DNA of 64,000 nucleotides from Octopus vulgaris (lineage: Eukaryota), in contig OX597831.1 of the NCBI GenBank assembly GCA_951406725.2, forward strand, positions 7,812,001 through 7,876,000, in the 5' to 3' direction. The position numbers were made by a program, and so were the translations under genes. Positions 1 through 12,973 of this stretch are shown here, one piece after another (the stretch's first letter is position 1; every line of letters begins with the position of its first letter). The notes below the pieces were generated by a model that searched no databases, was not told where the DNA came from, and worked only from the letters and a program-made list of their open reading frames with translations.

Positions 1-58
1 TTTTTTGTTAATTTTTTTTAATTGTTTGTTAGACCGTATTATTTAAAAATTTTGTTAG

Positions 59-138
59 ACGACTTTCTCTAAAGCTTCAAAATACCTCCGGAAAAGTAGA
101 GGTGTCTGGTTTGGTGGATAGCACAAGAAAGAAACTCG
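59..138 (+). CDS. SPEF2: SPEF2 internal exon A (RLSLKLQNTSGKVEVSGLVDSTRKKL), phase 2->1
   Basis: ttgttag| acceptor and G|gtgaat donor. Open frame whose phase fits the next exon. Variable region, so assigned by phase continuity only. Confidence 0.65.
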
Positions 139-152
139 GTGAATTTGCTTCT

Positions 153-760
153 CATCATCATCATCGTTTAACGTCCGCTTTCCATGCTAGCATGGGTTGG
201 ACGATTTTGACTGAGGGCTGGTGAACCAGATGGCTGCACCAGGCCCCAATCTTGATCTGGCAGAATTTCTACAGCTGGATGCTCTTCTTAATGTCAACCA
301 CTCCGAGAGTGTAGTGGGTGCTTTTTATGTGCCACCGGCACGGCGGCCAGTCAGGCGGTACTGGTAATGACCTCGCTCGAATCTTTTTACACGTGTCACC
401 AGCACAGGTGCCAGTAAGGCGACGTTGGTAACAATCATGCTCGAATGGTGCCCTTTTACATGCCACCGGCATGGAAGCCAGTTGGCTGCTCTGGCAACGA
501 TCACGCTCGGATAGTGCTCTTGGCACCCTACAAGCACGGGCTCGAGTGCCAGTAGTACGATGCTGGTAACAATCACACTCGAATGGTGCCCTTTTATATG
601 CCACTGGCACGGAAGCCGGTTAGCTGCTCTGTCAATGATCACACTCGTATGGTGCTCTTTGCACCCCACTAGTACGGATGCCAGTCATCGAATTTGATTT
701 TGATTTTGATTTCGATTTCGATTTCACTTGCCTCAACGGGTCTTCGCAAGCAGAGTTTAG
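153..760 (-). mobile_element. RTE-LINE 3'-UTR-derived repeat with a (GAT)n tail and internal tandem 'gtgccggtggcacgtaaaaagcacc' units (boundaries approximate)
   Basis: Same sequence as the 3' end of the RTE fragment at 36000-36260. Other copies at ~2086-2330(-), 24907-25095(-), 32820-33148(+), 44130-44530(+), 48960-49140(-). Confidence 0.75.
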
Positions 761-1180
761 TGACCCAAGAAGGAAAAGGTATGCATAAGCGGGCTGGTTA
801 CGCTCCTGGTGACCGAGACTTTTGGAAATATGTTGTGCTTGAGAAGACCCGGCAAGCCAAATGAGAGCATTGCTTCTAGCAGTGTGAAAATATTTCATCT
901 TGTGTATATCATTTTTATTTGAATTGTGAATTACCTAGACTATATATATCTAGATTATACACAATGTTTCAATGAAAATATTCTCTCCTTACTGCCAGCA
1001 TGTTCAACAAGAAAACAAGTAAAAATGTATTTAAGGTAGCAGGATCACTGAACCTCAGTTAATGATAATTTTTTCTTTGCTGTGTTTTTGTTGTTATCAA
1101 TTGTAATGACTTGATCTTATGACCTATGACTTGATCTTATGACCTCAAAATTCTCAAGAGTTGAATGGCATTTTTTTTAG

Positions 1181-1305
1181 AAATTACATTACCTCCACCA
1201 ATTGAAATTCCTAAAAAGGTAAAAGAAGTCACCTCAAGTTCTAAGATAGAATTATTGGCAAGTACGTTAAAACTTGATGATGCTGCAATACTAAGGAACA
1301 TATAT
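1181..1305 (+). CDS. SPEF2: SPEF2 exon B (EITLPPPIEIPKKVKEV...AAILRNIY), phase 1->0
   Basis: ttttttttag| acceptor, |gtaagt donor, 125 nt open frame, phase-compatible on both sides. Confidence 0.8.
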
Positions 1306-1716
1306 GTAAGTTGTCTAATTTTTTGATTATCCTTTTGAAGATTTTCTACATTTAATATTTACTTTAAAGAGGGCGGCGAGCTGGCAGAATTGTTAGCATG
1401 CCAGGCAAAATACTTAGCACTATTTCATTGTTTCAAATCATTTGATTTGGCTGTGTGTGACTTAAAGCTTTGAATCCTGAATGGCCGAGGTTTCTGTAAG
1501 AAGTCTGCAAAACTTAAAGTTGTGTGGAGCCAAATCAGACTGGCTTAAATAACACACACACACACACGCACACGCATGATGGGCTTCTGCTAAATTTCCC
1601 TCAAATGTGTTGGGTAACCTGAAACTACAGAAGACATACTCATGATGGGAATAAAATATTTAATGATGTATTTGTCCATTTTCGTGGATTATGTTGACTT
1701 CTCTCTTCTGTTGCAG

Positions 1717-1820
1717 GTGAATACACAAGCTAGCCTTGGTTCCAAAGTGATCATGCATTTTGAGAAGGGACAACCTATACCTGAAATTGTTTTAATAGAG
1801 ATTATTACAGAGGCCATCAG
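1717..1820 (+). CDS. SPEF2: SPEF2 exon C (VNTQASLGSKVIMHFEKGQPIPEIVLIEIITEAIR), adenylate-kinase-like region, phase 0->2
   Basis: ctcttctgttgcag| acceptor and AG|gtagat donor. Resembles vertebrate SPEF2 'RAQLGAK...KGKSIPDVLLVDIIVNAI' as I recall it. Confidence 0.92.
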
Positions 1821-3358
1821 GTAGATATCTTTGGATAAACTCTCATAACTTTGACATAACTTTGATAGTGTGTTGACTCAGAGCATTTTATAATTTTGGT
1901 GTTTTAGAAATGCAACCACATCTTGTTTTGAAACAAAATAAAAGGAACATGTATAGTTTTCCCAAAGACACCACCAAGAGTTTAAGAATAGCAACATGAG
2001 CAAAGGAGACGCAGATGAAAGGAATCTGGCTGCTAAAAGAGTTTTGGAATGGTGGAAATGCTTAAGACAAAGCCAAAGCAAAAGGTCATCATCATCATCA
2101 TAACCATCATCGATTAACGTTTGTCTTCCATGCTGGCATGGGTGGGATGGTTTGACAAGAGCCGGCCAGGCAAAAGCCTGCACCAGACTTCTGTGACTTT
2201 TGGCAGGACTTTCACAGTTGGATGCCCTTCCTAACACCAACCACTCAGCAGAGTGGACTTAGTGCTTTTTATGTGGCACAAGCACGGGGAAGGTCAGTTT
2301 TGGCAAGGTTTTTACGGCCAGATGCCCGAGAAAGGAAAAGGAGACATTTGAAAGCCACATCCAGACTTTCTACTTGACTTGAAAGATAAACAAAGCAGAA
2401 TAAAGATGAGATGAATGAATTACTAGAATGGATTGAGAAGCTGTATGAAGAGAAGCTGTGTCAGAGTGAAGGAGGTGATATGTGGGGAGGCTGTTGTGGA
2501 GCGTGAGGTTTTATGGCTTGTTAGTTGTTCCTCAGGGGTTGAAACCAGAAGCTTTATACTGATTATGACTAACTCGCAGACATACCAAGCCCCGTTCTAT
2601 AACATTATTCTTTGAAATAATTGTTATTTTGTCATCACCACATTCAGTGAATAGTGCACATCAAAGACAATATAAAAAAAAGAGAGATACGGGAACTCAA
2701 CTTATGGTATTATCTTGCTTCCAACATCACATGTTCAACCATTGCAAACTATGGGGAAATATTTCTGATACAAGTCTTCTTCCAAGCCTCGTATCTCAGA
2801 GGTTTTGGTGTTTTTCACAGCCAAAAGAGAGCATTGGCCATCAGTGACATTTCCCCACCACATTTCTTGACTCTAGAATTCTCTCTTGTTGGATCCCTGC
2901 CCCCCCCGCCCTTTTTTTTTTAGGGGATTTTACTGTACCACATCATATGTTTCCTTGAGGGTTAAGGGTTGTCCTTAGGGGTTGTCCTCTCGCAAGTCTT
3001 GTAGGCTTTGAACTGTCTTTGATGCTTCTGAAACTTAGCTTTTTTCTAGGTTGAAGTGTTGGCCCTACACAAATCCATTTTTACCTCAGGGAAGAGGTAG
3101 TGTGGCCACTATCCTTTGACCTGTCCAGTATGAGAAGAGTTCCATCAGAAGATTTGTGCTTTGCTGACATAACGTTCAGGGTCAGTGAGACATACAAACC
3201 ACCACACCCCAAAGAGCACTGGACCTTGTGGTGCTTGATTACAACAATCAATGGCTTTTGGTTGTTTGACCCTTGTATTTTTCAGTCTGGTATTTTATAT
3301 TATTGATCTCTAGCAGATAAGTTTTACATTTTTGTTTTTACACAAACAGCCTAACTTG

Positions 3359-3760
3359 ATCACTACGGCGGCGGCGTTTTTCAAGAGAAAAAACGCCGCC
3401 GCCGTGGTGATCTCATTCTCGCCCACAACATCATAAGTGGAAAGTGTAACCTCTCGAAAGAGCTGTTCTTCACTCCTGCTCCAGAGCGTCGGCTGCGGGG
3501 TCATTCCGAAAAGCTCTACCTGCGACGATTTCATCTCAATCGAAGGAGAGGAGCTTTCTCCGTCCGGGTTGCGGATCCGTGGAACAAGCTGCCAGACGAG
3601 ATGGTGAAGATGCCGACGACCGCTTTGTTCAAAGCCTCCCTGGACCTCAAGTGGCCTGAACTCTTTACATGAACACCACCCTGTACTTAACTCCATGTCC
3701 CCCTACATGGCCTTGCTATTTGCTTTTGAGCCAAATTAACTAACTAACTAACTAACTAAC
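3359..3760 (+). mobile_element. 5'-truncated CR1-clade LINE 3' end with a (TAAC)n tail and a short 5' fold-back
   Basis: Encodes KRRRRGDLILAHNII...FSVRVADPWNKLP..., a CR1 ORF2 C-terminal signature. Tail (taac)n. ctaacttg occurs on both flanks. Confidence 0.9.
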
Positions 3761-3787
3761 TTGTACTAATTTACACAACTATACAGA

Positions 3788-3825
<38 letters not shown>

Positions 3826-3858
3826 GTTATGGTATTTAACTATTACTGTTTGTTGTAG

Positions 3859-4133
3859 GTGTGTAAATGAAGAAACTGGTTGGATTTTAGATGGATTTCC
3901 TGTGACTTATTGCCAAACAAGGACTTTAGAGAAAGCATTAACAGGAATTGGTGATGATGATGATGATGAGGAACGTAGAACTAAAGATTTTGAGAAAATG
4001 CAAAATGTCTCTCAGCTGCTTCCCAATCCACATTTAGATGTTCCACCTGCAAAGAAGGTCAGTGGCCTTGATGTGGTGATTCTGCATAACATTTCTGATG
4101 ACCTGTGTCTTCAGAGAGCAGCTGGCCAATATA
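3859..4133 (+). CDS. SPEF2: SPEF2 exon D (CVNEETGWILDGFPVTYCQTRTLEKALTG...LCLQRAAGQY), phase 2->1
   Basis: ttgtag| acceptor, A|gtaagt donor. Contains the adenylate-kinase-family G(W/F)ILDGFP motif and the SPEF2-like LEKALTG. Confidence 0.95.
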
Positions 4134-4539
4134 GTAAGTAAGAAACAAACATTTTCAAGTTGTTTTAGATCAACAATGGTTTTTGCTTGTTTGGTTTTAT
4201 TTGTTTGATCAGGATTACATTCCTGTTGGTGACCATCCAACTGAGACAGACTGAGACCAGAAGACTAATGCACTTTACCTATGGTAGTGATATGCCATAG
4301 ATTTTAGGTGAAGGATGACGGACTTAAGAAAGAAAATCCCTCGGCAAAATCATCTTAGAAAATGTTTACTTGTGAAACAACCTAAAGCTAAAATGACTCT
4401 TCAGCGAGAGAATTACGAAAGCAATTAAAATTCCAGCCTCATTGGCCTGAGTTGAGCCAAGAAGGAAGCTTCTTCCTGGTGATCTAACTTACTAGCAAAA
4501 TCTGCCAAATTTATAATAAAATAGTAATAATGAAATTAT

Positions 4540-4990
4540 TGTGTATCACGCTCAGGTGCACTACAACTCATCAAAGGTGCAGGTAAAGTACATGGAATTA
4601 TGTACAAAAGTCAGGAAAGTGAACAGTGTATGAGTTATGATATACATGTGTATGGAGGTGGGGATATCAGGTGTAGTGTTGGCGAATTTCAGGAAGCATG
4701 GAGGTTTTAAAGGATGCAATGTCTCAGCAACTAACAAGTGATGCATGTAGTTTGTTCCATGCTTCAGCAACTCTGAGTATGAAAAAATGTTACCGAAAGT
4801 CATGAGAGCTGTGCTGTTTTCTGACTTTGTAGGCATGGCCACATGTGTTAGACACATGGAGCTCAAAAAGGTACTCACAGTAGTTGTTGGCATGATGGTG
4901 AATAATCTTGTGGGTGTTTACCAAGTCAGTTGCCAGACGCCAGAGCTTCTGAAATCACGGACTGTTTGCCTTAAGAATGGATTTATCAGA
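4540..4990 (-). mobile_element. Degraded CR1/L2-type LINE 3' fragment (approximate)
   Basis: The minus strand reads HDFR*HFFILRVAEAWNKL...FK, the R..FF..RV...WN.L C-terminal motif. Confidence 0.65.
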
Positions 4991-5000
4991 TAATGTTCAT

Positions 5001-5383
5001 GGAAGCACTCCGTCGGTTACGACGATGAGGGTTCCGGTTGATCCGAATCAACGGAACAGCCTGCTCGTGAAATTAACGTGTAAGTGGCTGAGCACTCCAC
5101 AGACACGTGCACTCTTAACGTAGTTCTCGGGGATATTCAGCGTGACACAGAGTGACAAGCCTGACCCCTTGAAATACAGGTACAACAGAAACAGGAAGTA
5201 AGAGTGAGAGAAAGTTGTGGTGAAAGAGTACAGCAGGGATCACCACCATCCCCTGCCGGAGCCTCGTGGAGCTTTTAGGTGTTTCCGCTCAATAAACACT
5301 CACAACGCCTGGTCTGGGAATCGAAACCGCGATCCTATGACCACGAGTCCGCTGCCCTAACCACTGGGCCATTGCGCCTCCTG
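5001..5383 (-). mobile_element. tRNA-derived SINE with a 13-bp TSD (agataatgttcat at 4988-5000 and 5384-5396)
   Basis: Head GGAGGCGCAATGGCCCAGTGGTTAGGGC...GGTTTCGATTCCC has A- and B-box-like motifs. Exact TSD. Related copies at ~15255-15620(-) and 46804-47103(-). Confidence 0.88.
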
Positions 5384-5618
5384 AGATAATGTTCATATGT
5401 ACACATTGGCTGGAAAAATATGAAGAAAAGCATGCAAGGCCATACCTGGAATACATTTGATGGCAGATTTATTGAGGCTGCACAATGGGAAATAACCTCA
5501 GTGGAGGAGTGATGTAAGGAAATAATTACCTTGGAAGGAAATAATTATCATCTTAATCTTACAACTAATTTGACTTATTATAGATTTTATGACTAATGTT
5601 TATTTTTTTTGTTTACAG

Positions 5619-5754
5619 TATCTGAAAAATCCAAAGAACACTTCCATATGCTTCACAACCCACCTACTTTTGGCCAAGCTACAGGGATTGCAGAGAGAGA
5701 AAAAGTGATACCTCTGATAAGTAAATCCTTTGATGAAGAAAATGCTCAAAACAG
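5619..5754 (+). CDS. SPEF2: SPEF2 exon E (ISEKSKEHFHMLHNPPTFGQATGIAEREKVIPLISKSFDEENAQNR), phase 1->2
   Basis: tttttgtttacag| acceptor, AG|gtacat donor, 136 nt open frame. Not in the ORF track. FH..HNPP resembles an AK LID segment. Confidence 0.9.
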
Positions 5755-6120
5755 GTACATCTATGTCTATGTGTGAGAGAGAGATTAAAAAATCATGTCA
5801 AAAGACTTCATTCTGTGGCACTGGTTCCTTCTGCCAGCCAGCACAACGGTGCATTATGTAATAAAATCTGCAAATCTTTGGCAGGGCTCAAGAGTCGTAC
5901 AAAGGCCTCGCATTGCATAATCAATGATTCATTTCAGTGATTCTTTCTAGCAATGGCTTTGCTCGTATATAAGAAAGCAGATACTGTATATCTTTATTTA
6001 TGGATTTTTTTATACTACCTCAGGTCTCATGCTATCACAGTTTGCAATTTTTAAGTGTCCCACTTGAGAAATGGAGGTAATCTGGCTTCATTTTGGATTT
6101 CGTTCTGTGAAATACATATA

Positions 6121-6921
6121 GTTAGTTAGTTAGTTAGTTAATTTGGCTCAAAAGCAAATAGCAAGGCCATGTAGGAGGACATGGAGTTAAGTACAGGGTG
6201 GTGTTCATGTAAAGAGTTCAGGCCACTTGAGGTCCAGGGAGGCTTTGAACAAAGTGGTTGTCGGCATCTTCACCATCTCGTCTGGCAGCTTGTTCCACGG
6301 ATCCGCAACCCGGACGGAGAAAGCTCCTCTCCTTCGATTGAGATGAAATCGTCGCAGGTAGAGCTTTTCGGAATGACCCCGCAGCCGACGCTCCGGAGCA
6401 GGAGTGAAGAACAGCTCTTTCGAGAGGTTACACTTCCCGCTTATGATGTTGTGGGCGAGAATGAGATCACCACGGCGGCGGCGTTTTCAAGAGAATAAAG
6501 GTCGAGTGTCCTCAGCCTTTCTTCGTAGGACAAATTTTTGAGACCATGAACCATGCGGGTAGCCAGCCTCTGGACTCTTTCGAGGTGCTGTATGTCTTTG
6601 AAGAGATAAGGAGAAGAGGCTTGAATCCCATACTCCAATATGGGTCTCACCAGCGTGACATAGAGTGGCAGGAATATGGCTGCTGTGAGCATTCCGAATG
6701 ACCGTCGAATCAAAAACAGAATTCCGCGCGCTTTGTTGGCAGCATGGAAGCACTGGGCCGAAGGCGAAAAGGAGGAATCCACCAAGATACCCAGGTCCTT
6801 TACCTGATCGGTCCTCTCCAGCAGCAGACGACCCGGCTCGAAATCAAGTTGAGTTGCAGGAGTAGAGCCGACAGGCAGATGACAGCACTTTGACACGTTC
6901 AGACACAGGTCCCAATCGTTG
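6121..6921 (-). mobile_element. 5'-truncated CR1-clade LINE (RT C-terminus plus 3' UTR and (TAAC)n tail) with a 1-bp frameshift
   Basis: ORF 6441..6926(-) reads LNVSKC...KDLGILVD...LYVTLVRPILEYG...LERVQRLATR...YEERL..LDLYSLE. It continues to RRRRGDL after one A is lost (4 A's here versus 5 in the other copy). Confidence 0.93.
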
Positions 6922-8424
6922 TACATACACCCATGTATGCATGGGCCTCAAAAAAAAAAAAACAAAAAAAAAACATGAAAAATATCCTCTTATTATGACC
7001 AATATAGAAACTGTTACATGGTTGCTAGGCCTGCTAGAAATAGTTACCAAATTTATCTTAAGTCACACCCTAGCATGTTATTTAATGTAAGTGTAAAAAG
7101 TATACAACTGTACCTGAAGTATAAAGATACTGTAGGTTAGTTTATGCTGTAGTGTTGCTGTAGTACACGACTGAATACTGTAAAGGTGTTTCTCCATCAA
7201 TCTGCCAACTCTGGAGATCCTTCTCTTGATGTTAAAATAATATTTTTGACTCCAGCAATAATCATTCTTAAAACACAAAATTGTTAATTCAATTTCACGG
7301 GAGAACAATTCTCTTGTAATCTCTCAAAGAAAACAAAACATTCTGTCTTCTTTTACTGAAAAGAGGGTAGTTCTGCAGAAACAGGAATGAATAATATGGC
7401 TTTTTGCTTTGTGGTGTATTTTGGTTGCAGTAACTTGAGAAGTTTTTCTGAGAGATCAATCAACATTTCCTTATTAACTGAGAGTCTCAGAGGGAGACAG
7501 AGAGAGAGAGAGAGAAAGCTGTATCGATTTAGATGTGTAATGCAAATGCATACTGGGAGGAGAGTGAGATGTGATGGAAATAAGCATGAAATTGTTTTGA
7601 TTGGATTTTAAAAAGGTTTGCTTTCAGTCTTGAGATGATACAAAATTAACAGACATTAAACGATATTTGCACTGCAGCCATGTGTGACACAACATTGGTG
7701 GCAGTTCCATGACAATGTCAAATTAAATCTTACCAAAGACTTCATTTTTTTCTCTGTTCACATAGCTTGCATGGGAGGAACACAGTCGATGTATTATCAT
7801 AAATCATGTCGAAGCCAGGGAGATAATTCATGTGATCTTTGCCAGGGGTTAAGGTTTAAATTCGATAAAATTAGTTAGAGAAACAAAAATTCTCTAAGAT
7901 GCTGTAGAAGCTCCTGCCTGATAGTTGGATAATTCAGCTGAGAATTTCCAACTGTTTCAAAATCGTCAGCCTTGGCAGTGCCATTGTTTGAATGTCCACT
8001 TTTCCATGCTTGCATAGGTCGGACAGAATTTGTTGAGCCAGGTTTTCTACAGCTGGATGCCCTTCCTGTTAACAACCTTCACTTGTTTCCAAGTGAAGTA
8101 ATATTTCCCCCATGGCCAGACATGTTTTCATGGAAGACAGAAAAGGAACAACACTGCTTGTATGACAGGGGAACTCAATTACAATCATCACATCATATCA
8201 GTGCAATGAGACAGCAAAACTCCAACATACACACATGCACTCGCTCACACACATGTATACATGATGGGCTTCTTTCAGTTTCCATTTGCAAAATCCACTC
8301 TTAAGACATTGGCTGGCCTAGGGCTATGATAGAAGACTTTTGTTCAAGGTGCTCTACAGTAGGAGTGAACCCTGAACCATGTGGTTGGGCAACAAACTTC
8401 TTGCCCCTCAACCACATCTAAACC

Positions 8425-8510
<86 letters not shown>

Positions 8511-9444
8511 TATATATAAAGTTTGTTGACCATAACTTAGCGGTTCGGCAAAAGTGACCGATAGAATAAGTACTGGGCTTACAAAGAATAAGTCCCGGGG
8601 TTGATTTGCTCGACTAAAGGCGGTGCTCCAGCACGGCCGCAGTCAAATGACTGAAACAAGTAAAAGATAAAAAAGATAAAAAATAATCATTTGGAGCTTG
8701 ATTGTAGTATGATGAGTGAAACCAATATACGCGCATGCCGTATATATAAAAATACGTGTGTGCGTTTGTGTGTCCGTGTGTCCGTGTGCGTCCATCCGTG
8801 TCCATTCATGCAGAGACTGAATTATATATTTTTTTTAGATTTCCATCATCTGATATTATATTTGGATAGGTTTTAGCATTAATGTTTAGCAATTAGGATT
8901 CTGTGATAAAGACAAACAGAGTATGAAGACGGATTTGGAGTAGAACGAAACAAACAGTGAAGTATTGGCTTCCGAATCGACTCTGTTCATACCTCACTGG
9001 TCTGTATATGAGACGAGTTTATTCGCAGATTAAACAATAACAGACGTGTAAGTAAGAAATAATTGTCCTTCAGTTATTGTGTAATATCCGAGTTAAGTGA
9101 CAGAAGCAAAAATGTGCTCAATGAAATCTCTTCTTTCTCTGCAATATATTTTCTAATCCAAATACAACTCACCCCACCCCTTAGTTTGACCTTTTGTCAG
9201 CAAGGTGGCTCACTCTACTGAGCTGTTGAAACATCACTCTGCCTCCACTACCACCACCACATCCACTCCTCTTCCTCCTCCTCCACCACCACCACTCCTC
9301 TTCCTCCTCCTCCACTACCAATCTTCCCCTTTCTCATCCCCCTCCCTCTTCCCCCTCTCTTCCTCCTCCCTGCCTCCTATTCCTCCTCTTCCTGCTATTC
9401 TTCCTCCTTTAAAACAAATGTTAGAAATTCCTGATGAGAGATTA

Positions 9445-9661
9445 TTCTTTTCTGCTCTAGGCACAAGGCCCAAAATTTTTGGGGAGGAGGCTAGCCAATT
9501 AGACTGATCCCCAGTATGCAACAGGTACTTAATTTATCGACCCCGAAAGGATGAAAGGCAAAGTCGACCTCGGCAGAATTTGAACTCAGAACATAACGGC
9601 AGATGAAATACCACTAAGCATTTCGCCCAACATGCCAACGTTTCTGCCAGCTTGCCGCCTT
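9445..9661 (-). mobile_element. tRNA-derived SINE with a Nin/Deu-like central domain (representative copy)
   Basis: The minus strand contains GGTCGACTTTGCCTTTCATCCTTTCGGGGTCGATAAATTAAGTACC, resembling the Nin/Deu domain. Copies at ~9905-10110, 17590-17790, 17940-18160, 20585-20808, 28025-28250, 52425-52635, 56644-56877. Confidence 0.8.
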
Positions 9662-10148
9662 AAAATATTTATTTCTTTATTGCCCCCTTTGTTTTAAATT
9701 TTGGCACAAGGCTAGAAGGGAGTGGGGGCATAGTTTCTCACTTATTGTGGTTATATTATTGTCCCTGAAACGATGAAAAACGAAATTGACCTCAGCCAAA
9801 TTTGAACTCAGAATATAACGAGTCAAAAATAACACCAAAAAGCATTCTCTCCAATATTCTCAGAATCCTCTGAGAGTTCCACTAAATTTAGAAATTTCTG
9901 AGATTGGTTTCAAATTTCGGTGCAAGGCCAGCAATTTTGGGAGAGGGAGGAAACTGATTACATCGTCCCCCAGTATTTAACAGGTACTTAATTTCTGAAG
10001 GGCAAAGTCGACCCTGTTGGCATTTGAACTTAGAACTTTTAAAATCAGAAGAAATGCTGCTAAGCATTATTTTGTCTGGCACGGTAAAGGTTCCGCCATC
10101 TCGCTGCCTTAAAAGGTCTTTCTTTTTTCTTTTTCTTGCACACAACAG

Positions 10149-10290
10149 ATTGATGATCTTTTCAAACTATTGGCCCAAAATGGAGAAATGGTTCTCTTCA
10201 CTTGGCAACTTACACGTAGTTGATGCATCTCAAGACAGAGATGTTGTCTATGAGGATATTAAATCGATAATTGATGAATTCCTGCAACGA
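10149..10290 (+). CDS. SPEF2: SPEF2 exon F (LMIFSNYWPKMEKWFSSLGNLHVVDASQDRDVVYEDIKSIIDEFLQR), phase 2->0
   Basis: Pyrimidine tract plus acag| acceptor, |gtaagt donor. The WP..E.WF motif matches SPEF2 as recalled. Confidence 0.93.
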
Positions 10291-11607
10291 GTAAGTCAAT
10301 TTTTAATTAAACATTGAAATAAATCAAAAACTAAAATTCTATAAATAACATAAAATTAAATTAAGACTTGCTTTTGATTCATTTAAAAAAAAATTAAACT
10401 GAAATGCCTCATTTACTAAATCTATTTATTTTATCGTTATATTTCGAATAGTTTATGAAGAATTTAGTATTTGAGGTTTTTAATGGTGGAATATAGAGTT
10501 GGAATTTGATGTTTTAGCTAGAATTTTTGTCTCTTTTTCATGATTGATATTGGAATATTTTAACTGACCACCTTGCAGAACGGGACTCATTCAAGAATGG
10601 ACCAGTGTGACCATATGACAGCAGAAGAGAAATAAAGGATAAGAAACGGTAGATGACATGGAAAAGTTTAAGGAAATTGTTATTGTTGCTATTGTCGTTG
10701 TTGCTGCTGTTGATGATGATAATTGTGGTGGTGGTGGTGGTGGTGGTGGTGGTGTTGCTACCACTGATAAAAATAATGGCTGCAGCAGCAAGGCTAAGCT
10801 CAGTGACTAGGTGAGGGGGGGGTACATTCGGTTGGCATAGGGGGCAGAAGAAAATTCTTCATCCGAAACAGTTTTTGAATTTGGGAGGAAATATGATTTC
10901 GAAGCTAATCTGATGTCTACAGCCTGTAAGTTGAATAGTTTCATGGAGCAAACTGAGGTGGAACTTGGAATTGACTGTTTTTTAATTAGAGAAAATGTAA
11001 GTCAAAGGAGCAGAGATGCAGCCTCTTGTAATATACAGATCTTTGTTCGTAATTTGCTGTGGTTTATAGAAGTGAGGTTAGGGGTAGAGTGCAGGGATGG
11101 TGAAGGGTAGGGATGATGTAATGTTACTTACCTAAGCTCTGTGCTCCTAATGGAGCATCAACCATTGACAACTGTTCTTGACTCTGGGATGTCTTCTCTG
11201 TGTTTCTCCAGTTGGTTCCTTGCTTTTTCAGCTCTGCCTCTGTATCCCCTCTCCATCTATTTTTAGGGCATCATCTCTTCTGCCTCCCTTGTGGGTTTAT
11301 GTTTCCCTGAGGGAAGGCCTTCCTTTCCCAGGTCTTGTTGCTTTTCAATTGTCATCAACGCTTTTGTAAGTAGGTGTACTGGCCCTATGCAAACCCGTTT
11401 TTAATTATGGGAAGAGGTGGCCCATGATAGTGTGGCTCCTATCCTTTGATCTGTCTGGTATGAGAGGCCCAACTAGCTCTGGTAGCATAGCTCCCTGTGT
11501 CATTGAAGCACACTGGTCACCACATCTCAAGGACTGAGTCATGTCTTGGAGACATTCTATAAAGGAAGCATTAAATGAAGAGAAAAATAGTGAGAAAGAT
11601 GAGAGTA

Positions 11608-12761
<1,154 letters not shown>

Positions 12762-12837
12762 TATTAATACCAAATAGAATTACACCTGTTTCATTGAACT
12801 GAATAAAATATTTTTTCTAATTCATATTATCTGAGGG

Positions 12838-12875
<38 letters not shown>

Positions 12876-12901
12876 TTTCCTTTTATAATTTCATTCCACA
12901 G

Positions 12902-12973
12902 AAAAAAGAAGAAATGTTCACAGCTATGGCTGCTGATGAGAATAATGTTGAAGAACAGCCCCAAATCCCTGCT
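12902..12973 (+). CDS. SPEF2: SPEF2 exon G (KKEEMFTAMAADENNVEEQPQIPA), phase 0->0
   Basis: ttccacag| acceptor, |gtgagt donor, 72 nt symmetric open exon. Confidence 0.82.

Noticed and set aside
3310-6498. Duplicated 'MELSTGWCSCKEF...' ORFs (3310..3696- and 6181..6498+) as a novel gene pair
   Set aside because: They are antisense frames of the two CR1 LINE 3' ends.
8890-9047. Possible extra SPEF2 exon ending at a |gtaagt donor
   Set aside because: The frames I tried from nearby AG acceptors hit stops, and exons E and F already join in phase with continuous SPEF2 similarity.
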